NCBI GenBank assembly: GCA_964556755.1
Contig: CAZKXI010000005.1
Coordinates: 94,762 to 158,761, forward strand
DNA: 64,000 bases
Direction of reading: 5' to 3'
Source: an uncultured Eubacteriales bacterium
Lineage (GTDB): Bacteria > Acidobacteriota > Aminicenantia > Aminicenantales > UBA4085
Part shown: piece by piece, positions 17,080 through 25,752 of the stretch
How the letters are laid out: each line of letters begins with the position of its first letter
How positions within the stretch are numbered: position 1 is the first letter of the stretch
The notes under the pieces: model-generated
What the model was told of the DNA's origin: nothing
What the model saw: only the letters and a program-made list of their open reading frames with translations
Database searches by the model: none
Translations under genes and position numbers: made by a program

Positions 17080-17819
17080 AGGGCGTCATCCTGGCCGCCG
17101 GCCTGGCCTCGCGGCTGCGGCCCCTGACCGACTCCACGCCCAAATGCCTTCTGCCTCTGGGCGGCGGCACCCTGCTGGGCCGGACCCTCGACAATCTGGC
17201 TTCGGCCGGCCTGCGCGAGGTGGTCCTGGTCACCGGCTACCGGGAAGACCAGATCCGCGCCTACGTCGGCGGCCGCGGGACGGAGATGCGGGTGGAATTC
17301 ATCACCAATCCCGTCTACGCCTCGACCAACAACATCTATTCCCTGTGGCTGGCCCGCGACGCGGTCCGGGAGTCGGGCCTGGTGCTGCTGGACAGCGACA
17401 TCCTCTTCGACCCCGCCGTCCTGCCGAAGGTTCTCGGCGCGGGCGCTCCGGCCGCGCTGGCGGTCAAGGCCGGCTGCGAGCTGGGCGAGGAAGAGATCAA
17501 GGTCGAGGCGGACGGAGCCGGCCGGGTGCGGGCGATCGGCAAGCACGTCCCGCCGGACCGGGCCATGGGCGAATCGATCGGCATCGAGGCCTTCGCCCCG
17601 GCCGCCATGCCGGCGCTCCTGGCGGCCCTGGAAGGCAAGGTCATGGCCGAGGGGCGCCGGGATGTCTTCTACGAGGCCGCCTTCCAGGACATGATCGACC
17701 GCGGCGGCGACATCCTGGCCGTCGACATCGGCGGGTCGCTGGCCGTGGAGATCGACACCGTCGAGGACTTTCGCCGGGCCGAGCGCGACGTCCTGCCGCT
17801 GCTCCCCGAATCCCGCTGA
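17076..17819 (+). CDS. Nucleotidyltransferase (LicC/CobY/GlmU N-terminal-like; predicted CTP:phospho-alcohol cytidylyltransferase)
   Basis: Signature G-x-G-x-R (ILAAGLASRLRPLT) and an NTP_transferase fold. Start overlaps the upstream stop. Confidence 0.8.
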   Translation: MKGVILAAGLASRLRPLTDSTPKCLLPLGGGTLLGRTLDNLASAGLREVVLVTGYREDQIRAYVGGRGTEMRVEFITNPVYASTNNIYSLWLARDAVRESGLVLLDSDILFDPAVLPKVLGAGAPAALAVKAGCELGEEEIKVEADGAGRVRAIGKHVPPDRAMGESIGIEAFAPAAMPALLAALEGKVMAEGRRDVFYEAAFQDMIDRGGDILAVDIGGSLAVEIDTVEDFRRAERDVLPLLPESR

Positions 17820-17823
17820 CCGG

Positions 17824-18026
17824 CTCTCTTTCCCCTCCCGGGAAGAGCGGTCCAGAGGGTCAGCCCGGCTGCTTGGTCGAGCCTTCACCCGTGTTCGACC
17901 CGCTCCCGCAGACCGCGGCGGTATGACGATAGCGGCTCGGGCCTCGTCGGTGGCTTCACGGGCTCGCCCTGCGCTTCTCCGCCGGGCTGGCCCTCCGAAC
18001 CGCTTCTCTTCCCGGTCGGAGAGCGG
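17824..18026. mobile_element. MITE-like repeat copy D (short variant, ~203 bp)
   Basis: Degenerate left end CTCTCTTTCCCCTCCCGGGAAGAGCGGTCC and right TIR CCGAACCGCTTCTCTTCCCGGTCGGAGAGCGG. Interior GGCTGCTTGGTCGAGCC is shared with copy E. Fills the gap between the NTP-transferase stop and the lpxB stop. Confidence 0.6.
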
Positions 18027-18029
18027 GGA

Positions 18030-19187
18030 TCAGGATTTTTCGCCCTCGGAGCGGCTGCCGATGAGGGCGGCCAGCTCGCGGGCGGCGTTGAGGGAGGCCG
18101 GCTCCTCGCCCAGCCCGGCCCGGATCTCGGCGAATCGCCGCCTCATCCTGTCCCTCTCCCCGGTCGACTCAAGAAGGCGCAGGGCTTCCGCCGTCAGGCG
18201 CTCGGCCGTGAAGTCCTTCTGGATAAGCTCTGGGATGACGGGCTCTCCGGCCAGGACGTTGACGATGCTGAAGCTGCGAACGCGGACGAGATGCGAGCCG
18301 AGGGCGTAGGTCAGCGGCGAGATGCGGTAGAAGGCCGCCAGCGGGACGCCGAGAAGAGCGGCCTCGAGATTGGCCGTGCCGCAGGCGGAAAGAGCCAAGT
18401 CCGAGGCGGCCAAGGCATCGAAAGGATCCCGGTCGACGACGGTCAGGCCGTCCAGATCGGCCGGGATGAAATCCTTCAAGACATCCTCCGCCAGATTGTC
18501 CGACTTGATCAGGACGAAGCGGGCGCCCACGGCGGCCTGGATGCGGCGGGCCGATTCTATCAGCACCGGCATATGCCGGGCCACCTCGCCCGCCCGGCTG
18601 CCGGGCAGGAGGGCGATCAGCGGCTGGGATGGGGCCAGGCCCAAGCCCCGCCTGACCTCGTCGCGGCCGGCCCTGGCCCGGACGCGCTCTAAGAGCGGCT
18701 GGCCGATGTAGCGGGCCGGGATGCCCGCTTCGGCGTAGATTCTCTCCTCGAAGGGGAAGATGAGCAGCATCTTGTCGACCCGGCGGCGGATCGAGCGCAG
18801 CCGCCCCGGCCGCCAGGCCCAGACGGTCGGGCTGACGTAGAAGAGGACCGGCACGCCCAGCCTCCTGATCCGCGCCGCCAGGCGCAGGTTGAAGTCGGGC
18901 GCGTCGACCAGGACGGCCGCGTCGGGACGGCGACGGCGGACCTCCGCGGTCAACGACCGCCTCAGGCGGAGCAGGCGCGGCAGGTGGCTGACGACTTCGG
19001 CCAGGCCCATCAGGGCCAGGTCTTCCATCGGCCGCAGGCGCTCCATCCCGGCGGCCTCCAGGGCCGGCCCGCCGACGCCGAAGACGGCGGCATCCGGGTG
19101 ATCCTGACGGAAGGCCCGCCATAAGGCGGCCCCGAGGTTGTCGCCGGACTTCTCGCCGGCCACCATGAAGACGAGCGGCCCGCTCAC
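18030..19187 (-). CDS. lpxB: Lipid-A-disaccharide synthase
   Basis: N-terminal MVAGEKSGDNLGA plus GT-B fold motifs. Start is the GTG at 19187 (4-nt overlap with the upstream stop) or the ATG at 19166. Confidence 0.85.
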   Translation of the reverse strand: MSGPLVFMVAGEKSGDNLGAALWRAFRQDHPDAAVFGVGGPALEAAGMERLRPMEDLALMGLAEVVSHLPRLLRLRRSLTAEVRRRRPDAAVLVDAPDFNLRLAARIRRLGVPVLFYVSPTVWAWRPGRLRSIRRRVDKMLLIFPFEERIYAEAGIPARYIGQPLLERVRARAGRDEVRRGLGLAPSQPLIALLPGSRAGEVARHMPVLIESARRIQAAVGARFVLIKSDNLAEDVLKDFIPADLDGLTVVDRDPFDALAASDLALSACGTANLEAALLGVPLAAFYRISPLTYALGSHLVRVRSFSIVNVLAGEPVIPELIQKDFTAERLTAEALRLLESTGERDRMRRRFAEIRAGLGEEPASLNAARELAALIGSRSEGEKS

Positions 19188-19753
19188 TTGTCGGCCCTGT
19201 CGAAGCGGATGATCTCGGGGTTGGCGTCGCCGCTCTGGCCGTAGAAGAACAGCCAGGCGTCGTAGGTGTCCTGGCCGCGATAGAGCCGGAGCGAGGAGCG
19301 GGGCGAGCGGCTGACGACGCCGAGCAGGCGGGGGTTGTCGACCGAGCTCAGGGAGCCCTGGGGAACGACGAAGACGCGGGTCACGGAGACGGCCTGGGCT
19401 CCCGCCCCGGAGCGAGACGCCGCGGCCGGGCGGGCCGGCCCCCCCGTCGCGCCGCCGTCGGCGGCCAGGACGAGATCCCATTCGCCGTCCTTGGTCATGG
19501 GGTCGGGGAAGGGCCGGCGCAGGCAGCGGGCTTCCACCAGATCGTCGACCGTGGCGGGGAAGCGCCCGGGGTTCTTGCGGTTGAAAAGGCGGACCGCCTC
19601 GACGTACTGCCGGCCGCGGAAGATGAGCTCGTCTTCGGCCTCCCTCCGGATCTGGGTCTGCCAGACGGGCACGGCGGCCAGCAGCCCGATGGCCAGGATC
19701 GCGATCATGGCCATCAGGATGATGAACGTGTAGCCGTCTTGGCGCTTCATCAC
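19184..19753 (-). CDS. Prepilin-type N-terminal domain protein (minor pseudopilin-like, no Glu+5)
   Basis: Class III signal-like N-terminus DGYTFIILMAMIAILAIGL without the conserved E5. Confidence 0.6.
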   Translation of the reverse strand: MMKRQDGYTFIILMAMIAILAIGLLAAVPVWQTQIRREAEDELIFRGRQYVEAVRLFNRKNPGRFPATVDDLVEARCLRRPFPDPMTKDGEWDLVLAADGGATGGPARPAAASRSGAGAQAVSVTRVFVVPQGSLSSVDNPRLLGVVSRSPRSSLRLYRGQDTYDAWLFFYGQSGDANPEIIRFDRADK

Positions 19754-20142
19754 CAGGTGCCGTAGGGCGTGCCGTCCAAGCCGGTCCGGTCCGAGCCCGA
19801 GCGGACGTCGGTGATGCCGGGGACGTAGCCCGGCTCGATGTCGTCGGCTTGGGGCTCCTCGCGGACCTCGACCCAGGTGTCGGCGCTGCCGGTCATGGGG
19901 TCCTCGGGCTTCTTGCGCAGGTAGCCCTCGTCGACGAGGGCCTGCAGCGACAGGGGGTACTTGGACTTGTCGGTGTAGTACTGGTCGATGAGCTTGCGGA
20001 TGGTGAAGAGGCTCTCCTTGAGCGTCGACTCGCGGGCCTTGACGGCCGCGTTCTTGAATTGGGGCAAGGCCAGGCCGACCAGGATGCCGATCATGGTGAA
20101 GACGATGATCATCTCGATCAGGGTGAAGCCGCGCTCGCGCAT
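19750..20142 (-). CDS. Type II secretion/type IV pilus major pseudopilin, GspG-like
   Basis: Canonical RGFTLIEMIIV prepilin cleavage/methylation motif and a GspG-like globular domain. Confidence 0.8.
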   Translation of the reverse strand: MRERGFTLIEMIIVFTMIGILVGLALPQFKNAAVKARESTLKESLFTIRKLIDQYYTDKSKYPLSLQALVDEGYLRKKPEDPMTGSADTWVEVREEPQADDIEPGYVPGITDVRSGSDRTGLDGTPYGTW

Positions 20143-20152
20143 GGGCCCTCCG

Positions 20153-20698
20153 TCACCAGTCCCGGTATTTCGTGCCGTCGATGGCCGTGCCCCGGCTGCG
20201 GGTGTACACGTCGAAGACGTCCTCCTCGCCCCAGGAGGAGGCGTCGGGCGGGTCCTGGGACGAGAGCAGGCCCCACTCTCGGGTCCCCGTCATGGGATCG
20301 CGGGGGATGCGCCGGAGAAGCTTGATGATCCGCCCTTCGCCCCCGCCGCGGGCCGAGGAGGCCCGCTCCGGGGCCCGTCCGGACGCGCCGGCGGCGGCGG
20401 TCAGGCCGGCCGCGCCGCCGGCTTTCAGCTGGACGCCCTCGACCAGGACCTCCAAGCTCGGCGGATAGCCGCTCTCGGTGTCGTCGGCCTCGATCTTGTT
20501 CTCGTCGGCCAGCTGCTTGTAGGCGTCGATGGCCTCGCGGACCAGGCGCAGGCCGCGCCGCAGCTCGATCTCCTTCTCCCGCTTGACGGCCGTCTTGGCC
20601 AACGGCAGGGCGGCCCCGGCCAGGATGGCCAGGATGGCCGCCGCCACCGTCATCTCGGCGAGGGTGAAGCCCGCCCGCCGGCGGAAGAAGCTGCGCAT
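20153..20698 (-). CDS. GspG-like pseudopilin paralog
   Basis: AGFTLAEMTV N-terminal motif. Confidence 0.75.
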   Translation of the reverse strand: MRSFFRRRAGFTLAEMTVAAAILAILAGAALPLAKTAVKREKEIELRRGLRLVREAIDAYKQLADENKIEADDTESGYPPSLEVLVEGVQLKAGGAAGLTAAAGASGRAPERASSARGGGEGRIIKLLRRIPRDPMTGTREWGLLSSQDPPDASSWGEEDVFDVYTRSRGTAIDGTKYRDW

Positions 20699-20725
20699 GG
20701 CGCGCCCCTCCTTGGAGCGCCGAGG

Positions 20726-22915
20726 TCAGTAGCGGCTGCGGCGCCCGCCGCGATCGCCGCCGCGGTCCGAGCGGCCGCGATAGCCGCCGCCCTCGGGCCG
20801 GCCGCCCTCGGAGCGTCCGGCCTCGGGGACGAAGCCCTCGGGCGGCTCGGTCAGGGCCTTCATGCTCAGGCGGATGCGGTTGTCCTCGACGCTGAGGACC
20901 TTGACCTCGATGGTCTGGCCCAGCTGGAGGACGTCGCCGACGCTGCGGACGCGCTGGTGGCTGATCTCCGAGACGTGCATCAGCCCGACCAGGTTGGGCA
21001 TGATCTCGACGAAGGCGCCGTACTCCTCGATCCGCACCACACGGCCGGTATAGGTCTTGCCCACTTCGGCCTCGGCCGTGATGTCGCTGATCATCTGCTT
21101 GGCCCGCTCGGCCGCCTCGACGTCGTTGCTGGCGATGACGATCCGCCCGGACTCCTCGATGTCGATCTTGGCCTTGGTTGCGGCCACGATCCGCTTGATG
21201 ACCTTGCCGGCCGGTCCGATGATCTCGCCGACCTTCTCGGGGTTGACGTAGAGGAAGAAGATGCGCGGGGCGTAGGCGGAGATCTCCGGCCGCGGCGCGG
21301 GCAGGGCCTGCTTCATGGTGGCCAGGACCCGGAGCCGGGCGTCGCGGGCCTTGGCCAGCGTCTCGCGGCAGATGTCCAGGGAGATGGCCTCGATCTTCAG
21401 GTCGACCTGGATGGCGGTGATGCCCTTCTCCGTGCCGGCGACCTTGAAGTCCATGTCGCCGAAGTGGTCCTCGCCGCCGGCGATGTCGGTCAGGACGGCG
21501 TGGCGGTCGCCCTCCTTGACCAGGCCCATGGCCATGCCGGCCGGGATCATGGTCAGGGGGACGCCGGCGTCCATCAGGGCCAGGACGCCGCCGCAGACGG
21601 TGGCCATCGAGGAGGAGCCGTTGCTCTCCAGGATGTCCGAGACGATCCGGACGGTGTAGGGGAAGGTGTCGTCGCCGGGGATGCCCGGCAGGATGGCCTT
21701 CTCGGCCAGGGCGCCGTGGCCGATCTCGCGCCGGCCGGGCCCGCGCAGGAAGCCGACCTCGCCGACCGAGTAGGGCGGGAAGTTGTAGTGCAGCATGAAC
21801 CGCTTCTGGGTCTCTTCGCCCAGGCCGTCGATGCGCTGGGCGTCCTCGGTCGTGCCCAGGGTGACCGTGGCCATGGCCTGGGTCTCGCCCCGGGTGAAGA
21901 GGGCCGAGCCGTGGGTCCGGGGCAGGAAGCCGGTCTCGATGGTGATCGGCCGGATCTCGTCGAAGGCCCGGCCGTCGGCCCGGACGCCCTCGTCGATGAT
22001 CATCCGGCGGGTGATCTTCTCCTGCAGCCGCTCGAACAGGTCCTTGGCCGCCTTGCGCTCGTCCTCGTTCTCCTCGGGGATTCGGGCGAGCATGTCGTCC
22101 TTGACCTTGTCCACGGCCGCTTCCGCGTTCAGCTTGCCCTTGACCTGGATGGCGGCCTTGAGGGCCGGGCCGAAGGCGGCCTCGATCTCGGCCAGCTTGG
22201 CCTCGTCGACGGGCTTGGGCGCGAAGGGGCGCTTGACGATGGCCAGCCGGGCCATGGCGTCCTTCTGCAAGGCGATGATCTGGCGGATCGGCCCCATGGC
22301 CGCCTCGAGGGCGCCCATGACCGTGTCCTCGTCGACCTCGCGGCCCGCGGCTTCGATCATGGTGACGCCGCTCTCGGTTCCGACCACGAGCAGGTTGAGG
22401 GGGCTGCCCTCGAGCTCCTTGGCCGTGGGGTTGATGACATAGCGGCCCTCGACCCAGCCGACCTTGACGGCCCCGATGGGGGTCGTGAAGGGGATCTCGG
22501 ACAGGCACAGGGCGGAGGAGGCCCCGATCAGGGCCAGGGTGTCGGGCTCGTTCTCCAGATCGGCCGACAGCAGCATGGCCACGATCTGGGTCTCGTTGTG
22601 GTAGCCCTCGGGGAAGAGGGAGCGGACGGGGCGGTCGATGAGGCGCGAGACGAGGATCTCGCGCTCCGTGGGACGGCCCTCGCGCTTGAAGAAGCCGCCG
22701 GGGATCTTGCCGGCGGAGTAGGTGTTCTCGCGGTAGTCGACGACCAGGGGCAGGAAGGGCTTGTCCTCGCGGGGCTCCTTCTTGGAGGTGGCGGCCACGA
22801 AGACGACGGTGTCGCCGTAGCGGACGAAGGCCGAGCCGTCGGCCTGCCGGCCCATCTTGCCGAGCTCGATGGACAGGATCCGGCTTCCGATTTCCAGACT
22901 GAGAGTGTGAGACAT
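20726..22915 (-). CDS. pnp: Polyribonucleotide nucleotidyltransferase (PNPase) with a Gly/Arg-rich C-terminal tail
   Basis: Two RNase PH domains, KH and S1 domains. ATG (MSHTLSL) is 7 codons inside the track ORF. Confidence 0.9.
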   Translation of the reverse strand: MSHTLSLEIGSRILSIELGKMGRQADGSAFVRYGDTVVFVAATSKKEPREDKPFLPLVVDYRENTYSAGKIPGGFFKREGRPTEREILVSRLIDRPVRSLFPEGYHNETQIVAMLLSADLENEPDTLALIGASSALCLSEIPFTTPIGAVKVGWVEGRYVINPTAKELEGSPLNLLVVGTESGVTMIEAAGREVDEDTVMGALEAAMGPIRQIIALQKDAMARLAIVKRPFAPKPVDEAKLAEIEAAFGPALKAAIQVKGKLNAEAAVDKVKDDMLARIPEENEDERKAAKDLFERLQEKITRRMIIDEGVRADGRAFDEIRPITIETGFLPRTHGSALFTRGETQAMATVTLGTTEDAQRIDGLGEETQKRFMLHYNFPPYSVGEVGFLRGPGRREIGHGALAEKAILPGIPGDDTFPYTVRIVSDILESNGSSSMATVCGGVLALMDAGVPLTMIPAGMAMGLVKEGDRHAVLTDIAGGEDHFGDMDFKVAGTEKGITAIQVDLKIEAISLDICRETLAKARDARLRVLATMKQALPAPRPEISAYAPRIFFLYVNPEKVGEIIGPAGKVIKRIVAATKAKIDIEESGRIVIASNDVEAAERAKQMISDITAEAEVGKTYTGRVVRIEEYGAFVEIMPNLVGLMHVSEISHQRVRSVGDVLQLGQTIEVKVLSVEDNRIRLSMKALTEPPEGFVPEAGRSEGGRPEGGGYRGRSDRGGDRGGRRSRY

Positions 22916-22932
22916 GGAATTTCCGCCGTCCG

Positions 22933-23199
22933 TCACTTGCGCAGGCCGAGCTTGCGGATGAGCTGCTCGTAGCGCTGGACGTCCTCTCTCTTGAGGTACC
23001 CGAGCAGCCTCTTGCGCTGGCCGACCAGCCTCATCAGGCCGTTGCGGGAGCTGTGGTCCTTCTTGAAGGAGCCCAGGTGGCGCGTCAGCTGGCTGATGCG
23101 GTCGGACAGGAGGGCGATCTGGACTTCGGTGGACCCCGTGTCTTGCGGGTGGCGCTTGTGGGCGCCGACGATGGTGCTTTTCTTTTCTTTGGTTAGCAC
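22933..23199 (-). CDS. rpsO: 30S ribosomal protein S15
   Basis: 88-aa product from an internal GTG preceded by AAAGGAG (M-LTKEKKSTIVGAHKRHPQDTGSTEVQIALL...), aligning with S15. The track ORF extends further upstream. Confidence 0.85.
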   Translation of the reverse strand: MLTKEKKSTIVGAHKRHPQDTGSTEVQIALLSDRISQLTRHLGSFKKDHSSRNGLMRLVGQRKRLLGYLKREDVQRYEQLIRKLGLRK

Positions 23200-23297
23200 G
23201 GTATTCTCCTTTAAATCGTTGATAATCCTAGCAGACAAAGGAGTCCGTATCAAGATACCGACTCCTCGACGGGAAGGTTAAGGGGGGCAAAGAAGGC

Positions 23298-23459
23298 TTA
23301 TTGGCCCAGCGTTTTCTTGCGCTGGACCAGGGTCTGGGCGTACTTGGACTTCAGCCCGCCCTGGGCCGATTTCAGCTCGGCCAGCTTGGTCTCGATGTCG
23401 GCCGCCTTCATCTTGTTGATCTTCTTGTTCTTGGCGGCCTTCGGTTTCTCATCAGCCAT
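23298..23459 (-). CDS. Possible small Lys-rich protein (~53 aa), absent from the ORF track
   Basis: Minus-strand ATG...TAA ORF encoding MADEKPKAAKNKKINKMKAADIETKLAELKSAQGGLKSKYAQTLVQRKKTLGQ, directly upstream of rpsO. Coordinates +/-2 nt. Confidence 0.3.
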   Translation of the reverse strand: MADEKPKAAKNKKINKMKAADIETKLAELKSAQGGLKSKYAQTLVQRKKTLGQ

Positions 23460-23593
23460 TTCGGTCTTTCCTTTGTTTGGAGTCTTGTCGATGTTTTATT
23501 CCGATATATTCTAGCAGACTTTCCCGCCGACCGCAAACGATTTAAGCCGGGAGTTTTGTCTTGCCGGGCCGGGCGGGATTCGGTTATAGTCGG

Positions 23594-24883
23594 GTGGCCG
23601 TGTACGCCCTCTACTCGCTCCTCCTGCTGTTGGCCCTGGCCGTCATATTCCCCGCCTACGCCATCAAGCTCCGGCTGAAGCGGGGTGAGCCGCTCCGCTT
23701 CGCCGAAAGGCTTGGCCATCGGCTGCCCAAGCCCGAGCCGGGCCGGCCCTTCCTCTGGATCCATGCCGTCTCGGTCGGGGAAGTGCTCTCCCTGCAGGGG
23801 CTGACGGCGGCTATCAAAGCCCGCCATCCCGAATGGACCCTGGGCGTCTCCGTGCTGACCGAATCGGGCTATCGGATGGCTTTGGACAAGCTTGGAGCCG
23901 ACCAGGTCTTCTTCGTCCCCCTGGACTTCCGCTTCAGCCTCCGCCGGGTCCTCCGCCGCCTGGATCCATCCTGCCTGGTTCTGGCCGAGTCCGAGTTCTG
24001 GCCCCGCCTGCTGCGCGAGACGCGACGATGGGGCGTGCCCATCCTGCTCATCAACGGGCGCGTCTCGACCCGGACGGCGACCCGGATGAGGAAGATCCGC
24101 CCCCTGGTCCGCCGGGTCGTCGGGAACATCGGCCGCTTCCTCGTCCAAACCGAGAGAGACAAGGCCCGGCTGGTCGAGGCGGGTTTGGAGGCCGAGCGGA
24201 TCGAGGTGGCCGGGAACCTGAAGTGCGAGGTCCGGCTGCCGACAGTGACGGTGGAGCAAGCCGCGGCGGCCCGGGCCGAGCTCGGCGTCTCGGAGGAGGA
24301 ATCTGTCGTCGTGGCCGGATCGATCCATCCCGGAGAGGAGGGGGCGCTGCTCGATGCTCTTCTGGCGGCTCGCCGCGCGGGGCATCCCGCCCGCATGATC
24401 CTAGCCCCCCGCCATCCGGACAAGTTCGCGACTCTGGAGAAGGACCGGCCGGGGGACGGGCTCGTCTTTCAGCGGAAGTCCTCCTTCCGCCCCGGGGAGC
24501 CTTGGAACGTCCTCATCCTCGACACCATCGGCGAGCTGGCCCGCTCCTACGCCTTGGCCGACTCCGCGTTTATCGGCGGAAGCCTGATCCCTCGCGGGGG
24601 CCAGAACCTGCTCGAGCCGGCGTTCTATGGAAAGCCCGTCTTCTTCGGTCCCCACATGGACAATTTCGCCGCTCTGGCCGAGGCCTTTCTCCTTGATGGG
24701 GGAGCCCACACCGTGCGCACGGCGGAGGATCTGGAGGCGATGTTCGCCTCGGCCGGGTCCGCCTCGGGCCGGGAGGCCGGCCGCAAGGCCCGGGCCACGC
24801 TCGAATCGCTGTCGGGGGCGACGGAGCGGACGCTCTTCGCCATCGAAGAGGAGATGGCCCATGGGCGCGGCGCGGCCGCCTAG
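23594..24883 (+). CDS. waaA: 3-deoxy-D-manno-octulosonic acid (Kdo) transferase
   Basis: N-terminal signal-anchor, GT-B fold and WaaA/KdtA-family motifs (LILDTIGEL...FIGGSL). GTG start near 23594; the TTG at 23561 is also possible. Confidence 0.82.
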   Translation: MAVYALYSLLLLLALAVIFPAYAIKLRLKRGEPLRFAERLGHRLPKPEPGRPFLWIHAVSVGEVLSLQGLTAAIKARHPEWTLGVSVLTESGYRMALDKLGADQVFFVPLDFRFSLRRVLRRLDPSCLVLAESEFWPRLLRETRRWGVPILLINGRVSTRTATRMRKIRPLVRRVVGNIGRFLVQTERDKARLVEAGLEAERIEVAGNLKCEVRLPTVTVEQAAAARAELGVSEEESVVVAGSIHPGEEGALLDALLAARRAGHPARMILAPRHPDKFATLEKDRPGDGLVFQRKSSFRPGEPWNVLILDTIGELARSYALADSAFIGGSLIPRGGQNLLEPAFYGKPVFFGPHMDNFAALAEAFLLDGGAHTVRTAEDLEAMFASAGSASGREAGRKARATLESLSGATERTLFAIEEEMAHGRGAAA

Positions 24884-25724
24884 AAGATTTCCGCCCCTCC
24901 TGTCCCTCCTGCTCGTCTTAGCCGCGCTCGCGGGGCCTTTCGCTTCCCCCTTGGATGCCGGCCGGGCGGCGGCGTCCCTGAACCCTTCCTCCTATCGCCT
25001 TGATGAGGGACTTCTCCGGCGTTTCACCCTCGATGTCGGCGCCGTCATCAAGGCTCCGGCCGGCTGGAAGGGGAGCGACTGGGCCGGCTTCGGACTGGCT
25101 TCGGCCGCCTCGCTGGCCGTCCTGGTCTGGGACGACGGCCTCTACACCTTTGTCCAGGACCGCAAGACGCCTCTCTCCCGAGATGCCTTTCCCCTCATCA
25201 CCCGGGCCGGTGACGGCGGCTATGTGGCCGCCGCCCTCGGACTCTTGTATCTCGGCGGGGAAGCCTTCAACAGCGCTTCGCTGCGCCGAACCGCTTTCCT
25301 CAGCCTGGAAAGCTTCGCCGCCTCCGGCCTCATCGTCCTGGCCATCAAAACGGTGGTCGGGCGGGCTCGCCCGTACGCCGATGAGGGCCCCTCTTCCTTC
25401 CATCCTTTCAGCTTCACCGGCCGCAACGCCTCGTTCGTCTCGGGCCACTCCGCCTCCGCCTTCGCCGTCGCGGCAGTCATTGCGGAGACCTCGCGGAGCG
25501 TCCTGGTCGACGTCCTGTCCTACGGCTTGGCCGGATTGGTCGCCGTCTCGCGCGTCCACGAGAGCAAGCACTGGCCTTCCGACGTCGTGGCCGGCTCGCT
25601 GCTTGGGCTTTTTGTCGGCTGGAAGATCGCCGACCTGGACGAGAAGCGCGAGGGAGGGGGCGCCCGTTTGGCCTGGACGGCATCCGCCGGCCCCTCCGGC
25701 GTGGGGCTGAGCCTGCGATTCTGA
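24861..25724 (+). CDS. PAP2 family phosphatase (candidate lipid A/Kdo2-lipid A phosphatase, LpxE/LpxF-like)
   Basis: PAP2 motifs KxxxxxxRP (KTVVGRARP), PSGH-like (SFVSGHSAS) and SRxxxxxHxxxD (SRVHESKHWPSDV). ATG at 24861 overlaps the waaA 3' end by 23 nt. Confidence 0.8.
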   Translation: MGAARPPRRFPPLLSLLLVLAALAGPFASPLDAGRAAASLNPSSYRLDEGLLRRFTLDVGAVIKAPAGWKGSDWAGFGLASAASLAVLVWDDGLYTFVQDRKTPLSRDAFPLITRAGDGGYVAAALGLLYLGGEAFNSASLRRTAFLSLESFAASGLIVLAIKTVVGRARPYADEGPSSFHPFSFTGRNASFVSGHSASAFAVAAVIAETSRSVLVDVLSYGLAGLVAVSRVHESKHWPSDVVAGSLLGLFVGWKIADLDEKREGGGARLAWTASAGPSGVGLSLRF

Positions 25725-25752
25725 TTCCGGATTCCGGGCGACTTTTTACAGG

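Noticed and set aside
17881-17905. tRNA-like T-loop resemblance (GTTCGACCC / GGTTCGG) inside MITE copies
   Set aside because: No complementary T-stem, acceptor stem or anticodon arm could be assembled. The GGTTCGG is part of the element's TIR.
22916-23225. Apparent 1-nt frame inconsistency around rpsO/pnp (possible frameshift or pseudogene)
   Set aside because: The ORF track shows intact full-length rpsO and pnp frames. The discrepancy most likely comes from my manual position counting in homopolymer runs, so no pseudogene is called. Coordinates here carry +/-1 nt uncertainty.
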